Of a DNA stretch of 64,000 nt, positions 28,868 to 38,528 are shown in pieces. The notes below the pieces were generated by a model. It was not told where the DNA came from. It saw only the letters and a program-made list of their open reading frames with translations, and did no database searches. The position numbers and the translations under genes are program-made. Each line of letters begins with the position of its first letter. The first letter of the stretch is position 1. Source of the stretch: Candidatus Latescibacterota bacterium (GTDB lineage Bacteria > Latescibacterota > UBA2968); assembly GCA_965204375.1 (NCBI GenBank), contig OZ241986.1, positions 5,824,001-5,888,000 on the forward strand, given 5' to 3'.

Positions 28868-29545
28868 TTAGAACAACTTGCCTTGTTCTGGTTCCTGCGA
28901 AACGATCCTACTAAAGCTATTGAAAGAGTCCTTATTTTTGTCATTTTCTAATATCTGTTCAAGCAATTGTTGTTCGTATCTGGACAATGAAACGAATAAT
29001 GCAGCGGCACGTGCTTGACAATTGATAGAACGTTTCGGATTAAAAGCTATATCTGAAAAACCTTGAAAATTTTCGAGTTCTCGTGCCAGATTTTGATTTT
29101 GCCCCAGTGCCTGTATGTATAACCAGTTGTAGAAACCCGTTTGAGGTTTAATGGGAAAGTCTTCGCCGCAGAATTTAAAAGCGATTAACTCTCCTGAATT
29201 TCGCAACCGGGGGTCTGTTTTCGCTTCTCGACTTGACCGAGAATATAAATCCGTGTACGGACCACCTTTTTCAAACACTTTGCTGCCTTGATAGGCACAT
29301 TCCACTGACATTCTGTCTTTTTCGATGCGTATCGACAAATTAAAAGCACTCAATGACACGCCAAGGTATTCTGCCGATTTTCCCGATATTTCCAAAATTG
29401 GGGAGATGCCCGACCTTTCGTGTAAGGACTTGATAGATTTCTGTGCCTGCGATTTTGCAAAACCAGGATACCATTGGAACTCTATATTTTTTTCTTCAAC
29501 ATAGGGAGAACTTGAATACGGTATAAAAATAGGCCGTCTTGCCAT
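28868..29545 (-). CDS. DarT1-associated NADAR-type antitoxin (DarG1-like)
   Basis: MA.RPIFIP, F.WYPGFAKSQ..KSI..LH, LEISGKS, LSAFNL, SVECAYQGSKVF, F.DIAFNP...INCQAR; directly downstream of DarT. Confidence 0.85.
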   Translation of the reverse strand: MARRPIFIPYSSSPYVEEKNIEFQWYPGFAKSQAQKSIKSLHERSGISPILEISGKSAEYLGVSLSAFNLSIRIEKDRMSVECAYQGSKVFEKGGPYTDLYSRSSREAKTDPRLRNSGELIAFKFCGEDFPIKPQTGFYNWLYIQALGQNQNLARELENFQGFSDIAFNPKRSINCQARAAALFVSLSRYEQQLLEQILENDKNKDSFNSFSRIVSQEPEQGKLF

Positions 29546-29583
29546 TTTTTGTATCTCCGGGTAATTTCTTTAATTGGATTATT

Positions 29584-30942
29584 TTAGGAGCCGCCATAAC
29601 GTTGCAAGATCTTTGCTACTTCAAGAGCATTGTTTGACCGTGCAAAGTGTAGAGGTGTCTCGCCATCTTTATTTTTCGCGTTCACATCTGCCCCTTGGTT
29701 CAACAAGACTGCTGCTGTTTGATAAGCATTTTTTAACGCCGCATTGTGCAGTGGCGTGTCGCCATCTTTATCTTTAGCGTTGACCTCTGCATCATGAATC
29801 AGCAAGACTGCTGCTGTTTGATAAGCATTTTTATATGCTGCAATGTGTAGGGGTGTAGAGCCATATTCGTTTTTGGCGTTGACCTCTGCATCATGAATCA
29901 GCAAGACTGCTGCTGTTTGATGAGCATTTTCTGTCGCTGCAATGTGTAGGGGGGTGTTGCCATATTTGTTCTTCGCGTTGACCTCCACACCATGAGTTGT
30001 CAGGAATGTAGTAAGCGCGGGCAAGTTCAGTTTTGTTGCAATATGGCGGTCGATCTCACCCTTATTATTTACCCTAATTGGGGATGGCTCGTAACCCACA
30101 TGTGCGATAAATGTCCGTTCTTGACGTTGCCTTTCGGCTTTCTCTGCGGCTTGTTTCTGACGTTGTCTTTCAGCTTCCTCTACCGCCAGTCTCGCTTGCT
30201 CTGCCGCTCGTTCTTGACGTTGTCTTTCGGCTTCCTCTGCGGCTTGTTTCTGACGTTGTCTTTCGGCTTCTTCTGTCCATACTTTCCAATCGTATCTTGG
30301 ATGAAAGTATTGTTTACTGACCACAAATGTTTTGGTATCCATTCCTGAATTTTGGGAATACCATTGTTCCAAAGCAGTTTTCTCACAAAAATGGACTTTC
30401 TTAATATACGCTACTGGAATTGGATTACAGACAAGGACTTCTGCTTGGGGATACGTTGGATAATGGTCAGGTATTGACAAGGATTGACGGCTGATGGTGC
30501 GATAATACTCTTTAAACATATTGTTTAACGCATCAGGATGTTTTCTATTCTCTAACGGAATATTACGAACAGTATTAGAAGCGGCATTTTCTTGGCAAAA
30601 TACGCAATCCAATTCCCATAACAGTTTTGCATCAAGCAACAAAACAACCCATTGTGACGGATTTTTAGATCTATATCTATAGAACATTTTATAGTTTGGA
30701 AAACCGATGCTCAGGCAGATAGCTTCTGGATGCTGGTCAAGCCGATCTTGGTCATTGAAGCGTGGCGGCTTCTTCAGTGGATCGCGTATTGTTTCTAGGG
30801 TCTCACGACTTAATAAACCTTCTCCTAAAATGCGACGCAGGTTTTTGATATGGGTAAAATGAACCAATATTTTTATGCCGCGGTCATGGCAGATCTGTTT
30901 TATGTTGGATGTGCGATTCATTCTGGGATACCGCGAAATCAA
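29584..30942 (-). CDS. darT: DarT (DUF4433) DNA ADP-ribosyltransferase fused to a charged coiled coil and ankyrin repeats; start 30942 or 30921
   Basis: HFTHIKNL..IL..GLLSR, ND..RLD, CLSIGFPNYKMFY and catalytic QAEVLV; then EAERQRQ repeats and four G.TPLH.A ankyrin repeats. Confidence 0.85.
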   Translation of the reverse strand: MISRYPRMNRTSNIKQICHDRGIKILVHFTHIKNLRRILGEGLLSRETLETIRDPLKKPPRFNDQDRLDQHPEAICLSIGFPNYKMFYRYRSKNPSQWVVLLLDAKLLWELDCVFCQENAASNTVRNIPLENRKHPDALNNMFKEYYRTISRQSLSIPDHYPTYPQAEVLVCNPIPVAYIKKVHFCEKTALEQWYSQNSGMDTKTFVVSKQYFHPRYDWKVWTEEAERQRQKQAAEEAERQRQERAAEQARLAVEEAERQRQKQAAEKAERQRQERTFIAHVGYEPSPIRVNNKGEIDRHIATKLNLPALTTFLTTHGVEVNAKNKYGNTPLHIAATENAHQTAAVLLIHDAEVNAKNEYGSTPLHIAAYKNAYQTAAVLLIHDAEVNAKDKDGDTPLHNAALKNAYQTAAVLLNQGADVNAKNKDGETPLHFARSNNALEVAKILQRYGGS

Positions 30943-31010
30943 GCTCTATGAGCAGTTAAAACCATATTCAATCTAATCGTAAATAAGCGATTATAAATCT
31001 AAATCCGAGG

Positions 31011-31418
31011 TCAAATTGGAAACTCTTTAAGAGATTCGTCAAAGCATTCGAAGAGTTTGTCTCCCTCTTCGGGAGAAACCTCTTTGGGTTCTTCATTTTT
31101 CGAAAAAACATACCCAAACTCGTTCTCTGCCAGTAAGTGGTCAATGGTCTTACAGATGGTCTTTTCGGTCAGGCTTTCGACAATTATCATGTCAGATGCC
31201 CCAAAATACAGACCACCCGCACACTCCCCAGTCTTTTTGTAACGCTTCATCAAGGCTTCAATATTCCGAAGGGTAAAGAAGACGGCAGAGAAACGCTCGC
31301 CATTGGGAAAGGTGACTTGAACATCGACGTTATCGTTGTTGGAATTCAGGGGTGTAGTTCCACGATAAATCGTCAATTTGTACTTATCGCGTTTAACAAT
31401 TGTGTAAGGCTTGCCCAT
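31011..31418 (-). CDS. Putative polymorphic-toxin immunity protein
   Basis: NDNVDV.V.F.NG....A.FFTL.NI..LM......GEC..G.YF...DMIIV pattern, recalled from genes downstream of RHS toxins; coupled to the upstream toxin-like ORF. Confidence 0.55.
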   Translation of the reverse strand: MGKPYTIVKRDKYKLTIYRGTTPLNSNNDNVDVQVTFPNGERFSAVFFTLRNIEALMKRYKKTGECAGGLYFGASDMIIVESLTEKTICKTIDHLLAENEFGYVFSKNEEPKEVSPEEGDKLFECFDESLKEFPI

Positions 31419-31420
31419 AG

Positions 31421-31726
31421 CTATTGACCTCCAAAACACTGTAAAACTTCATTGACTACCCTCTGTTGGTTATCCTTGCCAGAGACGCCTAAAATCTCAA
31501 TCTGGCCTTCTCTAATTCTCCAATAGACCCGCGCACCTCCACGGGTACGCGATTCGGTAATACCCCCACCAATGTATTTATTACCTATACCCGGATTTAT
31601 ATTTCCCTTTTTTAGTTGGTCGGTAATTTTCTTGATTTCTACCTGGAGAGATTTTAGCGTTTTCCTACCTTCACGGATTAGTAAGGGATTTTCGGGGATT
31701 CGATTGATTAGCATGAAGCAAACCAC
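31421..31726 (-). CDS. Orphan RelE-like polymorphic toxin C-terminal domain
   Basis: GNINPGIGNK...ESRTRGGARVYWR...IEILGVSGKDNQ, a basic RelE-like pattern. Confidence 0.55.
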   Translation of the reverse strand: MVCFMLINRIPENPLLIREGRKTLKSLQVEIKKITDQLKKGNINPGIGNKYIGGGITESRTRGGARVYWRIREGQIEILGVSGKDNQQRVVNEVLQCFGGQ

Positions 31727-31840
31727 AACTTTCCAAAGGAGACCTGAAGATTTTGAAAGATAATTTTTAACATCTTGTTTGCATAGTATTTCTTTATAGT
31801 CAGTAAAGACAGGGGCCTGTTGTCATTTTTGTGATTTGAA

Positions 31841-32659
31841 TCACCCATAAGCACCTTTCTCATGCCGGCCCAATAACCGCTGCATTCGCGCGTTGGTTCC
31901 TGTCCAGACGTATTCTGGCATGCGGTAGTCGATGAATGGATATAGTCGCTGGGCGATGATCCGCTGGCTGTACACGACAGATCCTACATAGCGCACTTGA
32001 TCGGATTTGTTTTGCGATCCCCGATGCCACACTTGATTGTGGAACATGCACAGATCACCCGGGTCGGCAATCATGGATACGGGTCCCTGGCCATCGAACT
32101 CGGGGGTTTCCGTTTTTTCTGGTCGCCTGCCCGCGTAATGGCTGCCGGGGACTACTTCTGTGACGCCGTATTCGATGGCGTCGGCTCGGCTCAGGGGGAA
32201 TAATACGTTCAATACGAAGCACGGTAATAGGATTTTTTTGTTGTGCTGGGGTACATTGTCTGGTAATGGAAAGATCACGCGGTCATCCAGATGCCATCCG
32301 CCACCTTGACCGGGTTCATAACGCAGGGCATTTTGCGACATCATGTGGCAATCATCACCCAGGATTGCCTCTGATAGGCTTACATAAGGCTCCCGCGCGA
32401 TCAGGTCCCGGAAGTTGATGTCGTATTCGAACATTCGCATCATACTGATGCCCCGAATGTGGTCTCCTTCGGGTTCGTGCATTTTCGGGTCCTGATATTT
32501 TCGCTCCATTGTCTCTCGCAATGTCAGTACTTCTTTCTCGGTTAATACGCCTTTTAAGAACAGATATCCATCTCGCTGAAATTGCGCGACCAGGTCCCGG
32601 GTTTTGTCTGCGCCATAAGGTTTGGCGTTTTTGTCGATTACGCTGTTTGTGGTGTACAT
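31841..32659 (-). CDS. PhyH-family dioxygenase
   Basis: FQRDGYL, WHLD (HxD), VPGSH and WHRG. Confidence 0.9.
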   Translation of the reverse strand: MYTTNSVIDKNAKPYGADKTRDLVAQFQRDGYLFLKGVLTEKEVLTLRETMERKYQDPKMHEPEGDHIRGISMMRMFEYDINFRDLIAREPYVSLSEAILGDDCHMMSQNALRYEPGQGGGWHLDDRVIFPLPDNVPQHNKKILLPCFVLNVLFPLSRADAIEYGVTEVVPGSHYAGRRPEKTETPEFDGQGPVSMIADPGDLCMFHNQVWHRGSQNKSDQVRYVGSVVYSQRIIAQRLYPFIDYRMPEYVWTGTNARMQRLLGRHEKGAYG

Positions 32660-32669
32660 CGTTACCTCT

Positions 32670-34133
32670 CTATTTCATTAATCCCAATATATCCTCATAC
32701 ACGGCAAGGCCACCAAAATAGGTAAAGGCGAGGCCCGATATTATATTGAGCGCAACGAGGAACCAGCCCATTTGCAATGGGGGTGGGACGTATTTGCGGT
32801 CGATATAGATCATCGCAAAGCACCAGGGTCCAGCGAGGAGTACCCCGGTGATGTGTAGAGGGATTGTCATAATTGAAATTGGATTCCAACCTACGCCATT
32901 TGGATCTTGTGTGGCTGTCCACCATGCGTATAGTACCAGTGCGCTTCCCGCAATTGCGGTGTATCCCAGCGTCCATTTTCGCACGTCGTTCAATGATAGG
33001 TCGCGCCATTTGGGGGTTATTGCGCGTATGCTTTCATGCGCGGTGCGGACGTATAGTTCATAAGCGCCGTACACGGTGCCAAAAATTGCGAAGAATACGC
33101 CGAGCTTATACAGTCCCGAGAGAAATGCTTTGACGCCCGCACTTTCGTGCAATGCCGTTAAAAATACGACCTGGTGGTTGTAGAGGTCCATACCGGATGG
33201 TACGATTTCCCGCGGATGCAAGAGGGCGGCACCCAGTATCAAAAAGGCTGCTGTGAATAATAACACGCTGGCAAAGGATACGAGTGTATCGACCAGCGGT
33301 GCTTTTAACCACGCTTTGCCCAATTCGAGATTTTCCTGAGTTTCCAGGATTGTTTCCTTCTCATTGCTGCGTCTGCCAATCATTCCCCACACCTTTTCGC
33401 GTAGCATGCCTACATATCCCACATAGTCCTGTACCCCGCCGCCGATTACGCCCATATACGCGACCATTTCGACGATCAATGTTCGGTCTGTAAATAGCGG
33501 ATTGCGCGATACCCATTCTGGATATACCGGGAATGTGGGTACTACTGCACCCATTAGCGCGGCGATCCAATCGGGGTTTGCCGCTACTGTCGCGATTAAC
33601 ATGACGAGCAACATTAATCCCACGAGTGAGGTTTGCGCTTTTTCCAACAGGCCGTAGCTCTGTTTCAGGGTTAGTAGAATTAAAAATGCGATAAATATCA
33701 GGGAGATTAAATGCGGATACCGCGCCGGGTCGTCAAATAATATCCACGACGATATCGTGCCGAGCATGATGGGTAAGCTCGATAAATAGAATGGAAAACT
33801 CACGACCATTACCACGCCTACAACCGCCGGGAATAATCCTCTCGGTCCGGGTAATTGCGCCCAGCGCTCCATTGGGTGCTCGCCGGTTAGTGTCATATAT
33901 CGCGCTGCGGAATACACTTGAACGACTTTTGTGATGCAAAATAGGCTGAATGCCCAGAACATCGCGTAGCCAAAGATCGCCCCGCTGCGCGATGCCCATA
34001 CGGTTTCTCCACTGCCGATGGTTACCGATGCGATAATTGCGCCTGGTCCAAAGAATTTTAAGAAGTCGCCGATCTTCCGCGAGCGCAATGCTGCTGCCAG
34101 TTCTGGAAATTCCAATTTTTGCGATTCTGCCAT
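32670..34133 (-). CDS. Nramp-like family transporter
   Basis: GPGAIIASVTIGSGE...GAIFGY; about 11 TM helices. Confidence 0.85.
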   Translation of the reverse strand: MAESQKLEFPELAAALRSRKIGDFLKFFGPGAIIASVTIGSGETVWASRSGAIFGYAMFWAFSLFCITKVVQVYSAARYMTLTGEHPMERWAQLPGPRGLFPAVVGVVMVVSFPFYLSSLPIMLGTISSWILFDDPARYPHLISLIFIAFLILLTLKQSYGLLEKAQTSLVGLMLLVMLIATVAANPDWIAALMGAVVPTFPVYPEWVSRNPLFTDRTLIVEMVAYMGVIGGGVQDYVGYVGMLREKVWGMIGRRSNEKETILETQENLELGKAWLKAPLVDTLVSFASVLLFTAAFLILGAALLHPREIVPSGMDLYNHQVVFLTALHESAGVKAFLSGLYKLGVFFAIFGTVYGAYELYVRTAHESIRAITPKWRDLSLNDVRKWTLGYTAIAGSALVLYAWWTATQDPNGVGWNPISIMTIPLHITGVLLAGPWCFAMIYIDRKYVPPPLQMGWFLVALNIISGLAFTYFGGLAVYEDILGLMK

Positions 34134-34147
34134 GATTTCTCCTATCG

Positions 34148-34184
34148 AAAACCCCAGTCCAACCGATCTTACGGAGGACTGGGG
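34148..34184 (-). terminator. Hairpin/terminator after the cyclase gene
   Basis: CCCCAGTCC / GGACTGGGG stem followed by TTTT on the minus strand. Confidence 0.55.
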
Positions 34185-34200
34185 ATTGGAAGGTGTGGCA

Positions 34201-35139
34201 CTATTTTACGGCTATTGGATTTCCCGGAGAACCCGTTCCGCCTTTCAGACGCAATGGCGAAAATACAAATGCAAATTCATATACCTGATCTTTTGCCAGT
34301 TCTTCCAGGTCCAGGTTTTCCAAGATGTAAATCCCGTGCTGGGCGATGAGCAACTGATGTACGGGAAAAGCCAGCGAGGCATCCTCGCCGGGTACGACTT
34401 CGAGGCCCCATGTATCGCCTGCGACCATTACAATTTTTTTATTTACGAGCCACTGGCCCACAGCCATTCCAATACCCGGCTGGCCTTTATTGAATGTTTC
34501 GTTGTCTTTCATCCACAAGGTGCCGTGTCCCGTGCGGAAGATTACTACATCGGCTTCCCCCACGGATACATTTTGTTTTTTGAGCGCTCCCTCGGTATCG
34601 GCCACTGTGATCACGTATCCGACTTCTAATCGCTCGACACCTTTGTATCCCGCCACGTCTATCAGTACGCCGCGCGTGAAAAATGACCCCGCCTTTTCTA
34701 CACCCAATTTTTCCAGGCCATAAGGTTTGCTGAAGTTCGAGCTTTTGAAGCCGTTGTAATACACATCCTCGTTTCCTACCCGCGTGCCAATATGCCCCAA
34801 TCCATCGAATTGTGTACCGATTTGACCGATTTCACCACTGAACATTTCATCGTACCATACGAGTTTGTTTTCTCCGAGCGGTCCACCACTTGGGTTGCCC
34901 ACGATTGTCAAACTGTAATGCCGGGATCCAAATAGCGGTATTCCGTGTTCATATACTTTTCCCAATTGGTAGATTTTGCCGGTTTTGATCAATTTGGTCG
35001 CTTCCAGGACTTTGGCAGGTGTCAGCCGGTTTGCGGCACCCCGTTCATCTTCGGGCCCCCACTCCGATGTCGATTGCTGGGCATATACTGGCACCAGTAT
35101 CAAATTGACCAGTAGTGCTATAAATAGTATGCGTTTCAC
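34201..35139 (-). CDS. Secreted cyclase-family (kynurenine formamidase-like) metallohydrolase
   Basis: GTG start after an AGGAGG RBS; WGPEDERGAAN, GTQFDGLGH, RGVLID, ILENL and GGTGSP. Confidence 0.9.
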   Translation of the reverse strand: MKRILFIALLVNLILVPVYAQQSTSEWGPEDERGAANRLTPAKVLEATKLIKTGKIYQLGKVYEHGIPLFGSRHYSLTIVGNPSGGPLGENKLVWYDEMFSGEIGQIGTQFDGLGHIGTRVGNEDVYYNGFKSSNFSKPYGLEKLGVEKAGSFFTRGVLIDVAGYKGVERLEVGYVITVADTEGALKKQNVSVGEADVVIFRTGHGTLWMKDNETFNKGQPGIGMAVGQWLVNKKIVMVAGDTWGLEVVPGEDASLAFPVHQLLIAQHGIYILENLDLEELAKDQVYEFAFVFSPLRLKGGTGSPGNPIAVK

Positions 35140-35173
35140 GATTTCCCTCCTTTGAAAAGATGATATGTAGCGA

Positions 35174-36055
35174 TCAGCGATCAGCCTGTTTTTCATATAG
35201 CGCGATGCTTACCTGTGTGCCAGGGAATAGTGCAGATGGGTACACCCACATGTCGTCTTCTCGAATGTACACCCGTTCATCTCCCGAGCGAATGTGTAAA
35301 CGTCCGCTGTTTTCCTGGCAGATTTGTTTCACAATGTATAGGCCCAGTCCCCGCGTATTGCCCCGCGAGACGGTCTTTTGTATCGCCATTTTTATTGCCT
35401 GTCCGTGCGACCAGTGCGCTGTATCGTGTCCCGTTGACAGGCTCTCGCGAATGCCAATGCCCAGGTCGCATACGCCGATGATCGCAAATTTTCTGTTCAA
35501 TCTGTGATTGGTATAGCGCTGTGCGACCACAAATCCTTTATCTCCGCTGTGGTCCAGGATATTGTGACACAATTCGGCTACGACATTTTTAAATCCCGTA
35601 ATTTCCCGCACGGTATAGTGCAGTTCTTCACTCAAGATGGCGCCGACCCGCGATTCGATTACGCTCAGAACTTGCTCGATATCGCTTCGCTGCTCGATGG
35701 TCGTTATTTCCAGCAGACTTTCGTTGTGTGTTCGCGACTGTCCCGTTTGCGGTCCGCGCGCCACTGTTACATAAGTCTTCAGTGCGTCAAATACTTTCAT
35801 GCGGGTCAAATAGCGCTCGACGTCTGTGTTTTCGGGCAGTCGGCATGTAATATCCCAGTATTTGGCACTCAGGTGCCGGCCAATTAAACACAACATCCCC
35901 ATGCCATAGGGATCGACAAAACCCAATTGCGACAGGTCCAGAACGATATTGTCTTCATCTCGCTGCGACGAGAATGTTTTGAGATCGCGCAGCACGTTGT
36001 CACAGGAAACAGCAGATAAATTCTGTTCCGCTATCTCCAGCGTGTTGTTATTCAT
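35174..36055 (-). CDS. STAS-like plus HATPase_c domain protein
   Basis: LDLSQLGFVDP; ELCHNILDHS, DLGIGI, RGLGL and FPGT. Confidence 0.8.
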   Translation of the reverse strand: MNNNTLEIAEQNLSAVSCDNVLRDLKTFSSQRDEDNIVLDLSQLGFVDPYGMGMLCLIGRHLSAKYWDITCRLPENTDVERYLTRMKVFDALKTYVTVARGPQTGQSRTHNESLLEITTIEQRSDIEQVLSVIESRVGAILSEELHYTVREITGFKNVVAELCHNILDHSGDKGFVVAQRYTNHRLNRKFAIIGVCDLGIGIRESLSTGHDTAHWSHGQAIKMAIQKTVSRGNTRGLGLYIVKQICQENSGRLHIRSGDERVYIREDDMWVYPSALFPGTQVSIALYEKQADR

Positions 36056-36063
36056 GTGATCGT

Positions 36064-38499
36064 TTAGTTGCGCACGCGGAATATGGCTCGGCGTTTGACA
36101 TTTTTCTTTTCGTGCAAATCCGTTACTGCGACTTCGAGTTTATAGACACCGCGCGGCATTTTGGACAGGTCGATTTCCAGAAAGGTGAAGTCGTCGGATT
36201 GATCGCCGGCATATACCGAACTGATCGATGTGCGGCTTTGCTGACCGGCTCGGCGCAGTTCTTCGAGGGATTCGGCCATCAGGTTGCGTTCGGCCGGCAT
36301 GTATTGCACTTCAAAATCTACGGGTTTGGGTTTGAGATTTTCTTCACCGCCAGCCATGGCATCGCGCGGCAGGGCTTCTTCATCTGTCATGGCGTCTTCG
36401 ACAACTCTGCCATCTGTGCCGTCGAGCGCGCTGCCTTCGGCGAGTCTCTCATTGCTGGCGCGAATATCTTCTTCTCCCGCTTGCGCCAATTCTTCAGCGG
36501 TTGGCACAATGAGCAATCCGCCGACCTTTTTGAGGGCTACGGCGCCAAACATCGCGGGATTGACTTCTTCTCGCTCGGGCACGCTGATGGTGTAGGTGAT
36601 TTCATATTGGGTGCGCCCAAATTCATCTTTTTTCAGGTTGTAAATTTCCAGATAGACATAGGCCGATTGCCCGGTGCGATACGCGCGGAGAGGATTGGGT
36701 GCAATGCGCAGGTCGGTTCGCTTTTCGGGAAGGGGATTGATCATTTCAATTTTCTGGGCGAGTAACAGGTCACTCATGTCCAGACTTGATTCAGATACGG
36801 TCAAGAGGCGTTCTGTGCGAAATGTGCCGATGGTGCCGCTGAGCCTATCTCCCACTTCGACCACGATATTATAAGTGCCTTGGGGAAGTTCCATGGCGCG
36901 CTGGCTCAATAAATACTGCGGTGCATTGCCATTTTCGGGTTTCTTTTGTCCAAGAGGTCGGATATTGCGGTAGATATCTTGCCACCGGTAATCGAACATA
37001 AACAACCCATCGTCCATGACGATCATCTCATCTTTATTTGCTTTCAATTTGTCCGTGGGAATGGCATAAGCTATTTCCATGCGCATATCTTTTCCTGAGC
37101 CTGCGCGGAAGGCGGTGATCTGGTGTGGCATGGAGTATTTCCTGTTCTGGAATGGATCGACAAAACGCGCTTCTTTTTTCTTAAATGCCGCGCGATTTTG
37201 TATTTCAAAATACCCTTCGCGCATCCTGTCGCTCGCCCATCGCGGGTTAGTAGATCTTCTGAAGAGCGTTTCCGATACCTGCCTTGAATCCACATTGCGA
37301 GTTCTCAGGGCGTTGGGGTCCCTGCCTGTGATATCGACCGTGCTGCTCGGTCCCACTTCGCCTGCAAATCCCCAACCGTCAACGCCATTCACACTTTGAA
37401 AGACGAATCTGTAACCCCCGTAATACCAGGTTTCCTTGAACATGGGATATACGCCCGTTGTCCGTTGTTGATATTTTCCGTATTTGATATAGGTTTGTCC
37501 GCGAATGGTCTTCCACCCTTCGATGTTCCGCGCGGGTACGCTAAAGCGCAAATTGGCATACGCCACGCGACCGTAGTGCTCCATCCGCCGCTCGTTGTGA
37601 TTGGTCAAAAATAGCGGATCGTTCTTGTTCCAGAAGTGCGTCAATGCCGCAGAATCCTTCCATTCACCATCGTCGCCGACTTGCATGGCTTTGGAAATGC
37701 GCGCACTGTCTTCTTTTGATGCGATGAGATCCACAGATTCCATCATTTTGCGCTGTTCGGGTCCCATTTCCGCAATGGCCTTTTCATACAATTTGTTCGC
37801 CTCTAAGAGATTGCCCTGAAGTTGATGCGAATAGGCAAAAAACAACTGCGCGTTGATGTCGTCAGGGAATCTCCGCATCATCCGTCGCATCACCCGTTGC
37901 ATGCCGGGAATTCTTCTGTGTTCCAGATGCGCCAATCCCAACAGATAATAGGCGTCCTGATAGTCTGGATCGATCTCCAGACTTTTTTCTAACAGCATCA
38001 CGGCCTGGTCGTATTCGTTCTTGGCAAAGGTCCGAATGGCTCGCCGCTGCGGTATTACCCGGTCGCGCGTGATCATGTATTCGCCGAATATATGGCGGCC
38101 AGCATCGTAGGCTGCAACCGCTGTGTTGGGGAATTTTTCTATGATTTTTTCATAGTGCGCCTTGGCCTCGCGCTGAAAGCCCCTGTTCCACAATGCCTCG
38201 CCGTGCAAGAGTTGATATTGCAAATTCTCCGGTTCATTCCGAATCGCTTTTTCGCTGGCTTCTACTGCGCGACGTCGAAACTCGGGCGTGTCCAGGCGAA
38301 TGTAGAGGCGGGTCAGTTGTGCGAGTGAAGGGGCGTGTTTGCCGTTTTTCTTGAGCACTTGCTTGAATTCTTCCACGCTTTCTTTGGGTTCAATCTCGTT
38401 CATGCGGGCGAGGGCAGCGTGGTAGAGCGAATCTACTTCGCTGGTCCAGGCCGGTGCTGTGATCAGGCAAGTGAGGATTAAAAGCGAGAGGGCTTTCAT
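36064..38499 (-). CDS. GWxTD-domain TPR protein, tandem paralog A
   Basis: FWNKNDP...NERRMEHYGRVAYAN...GWKTIRGQTYIKYG. Confidence 0.9.
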   Translation of the reverse strand: MKALSLLILTCLITAPAWTSEVDSLYHAALARMNEIEPKESVEEFKQVLKKNGKHAPSLAQLTRLYIRLDTPEFRRRAVEASEKAIRNEPENLQYQLLHGEALWNRGFQREAKAHYEKIIEKFPNTAVAAYDAGRHIFGEYMITRDRVIPQRRAIRTFAKNEYDQAVMLLEKSLEIDPDYQDAYYLLGLAHLEHRRIPGMQRVMRRMMRRFPDDINAQLFFAYSHQLQGNLLEANKLYEKAIAEMGPEQRKMMESVDLIASKEDSARISKAMQVGDDGEWKDSAALTHFWNKNDPLFLTNHNERRMEHYGRVAYANLRFSVPARNIEGWKTIRGQTYIKYGKYQQRTTGVYPMFKETWYYGGYRFVFQSVNGVDGWGFAGEVGPSSTVDITGRDPNALRTRNVDSRQVSETLFRRSTNPRWASDRMREGYFEIQNRAAFKKKEARFVDPFQNRKYSMPHQITAFRAGSGKDMRMEIAYAIPTDKLKANKDEMIVMDDGLFMFDYRWQDIYRNIRPLGQKKPENGNAPQYLLSQRAMELPQGTYNIVVEVGDRLSGTIGTFRTERLLTVSESSLDMSDLLLAQKIEMINPLPEKRTDLRIAPNPLRAYRTGQSAYVYLEIYNLKKDEFGRTQYEITYTISVPEREEVNPAMFGAVALKKVGGLLIVPTAEELAQAGEEDIRASNERLAEGSALDGTDGRVVEDAMTDEEALPRDAMAGGEENLKPKPVDFEVQYMPAERNLMAESLEELRRAGQQSRTSISSVYAGDQSDDFTFLEIDLSKMPRGVYKLEVAVTDLHEKKNVKRRAIFRVRN

Positions 38500-38528
38500 G
38501 GTAATCTCCGTATGAAGGATTCTTTTGC

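Noticed and set aside
28574-28951. 125-aa + strand ORF, and the many other short antisense or overlapping ORFs in the track
   Set aside because: They overlap well-supported genes or regulatory DNA and show no recognisable motifs.
29690-30280. CRISPR-like array
   Set aside because: The repeats are in-frame coding repeats (ankyrin and EAERQRQ) with no unique spacers.
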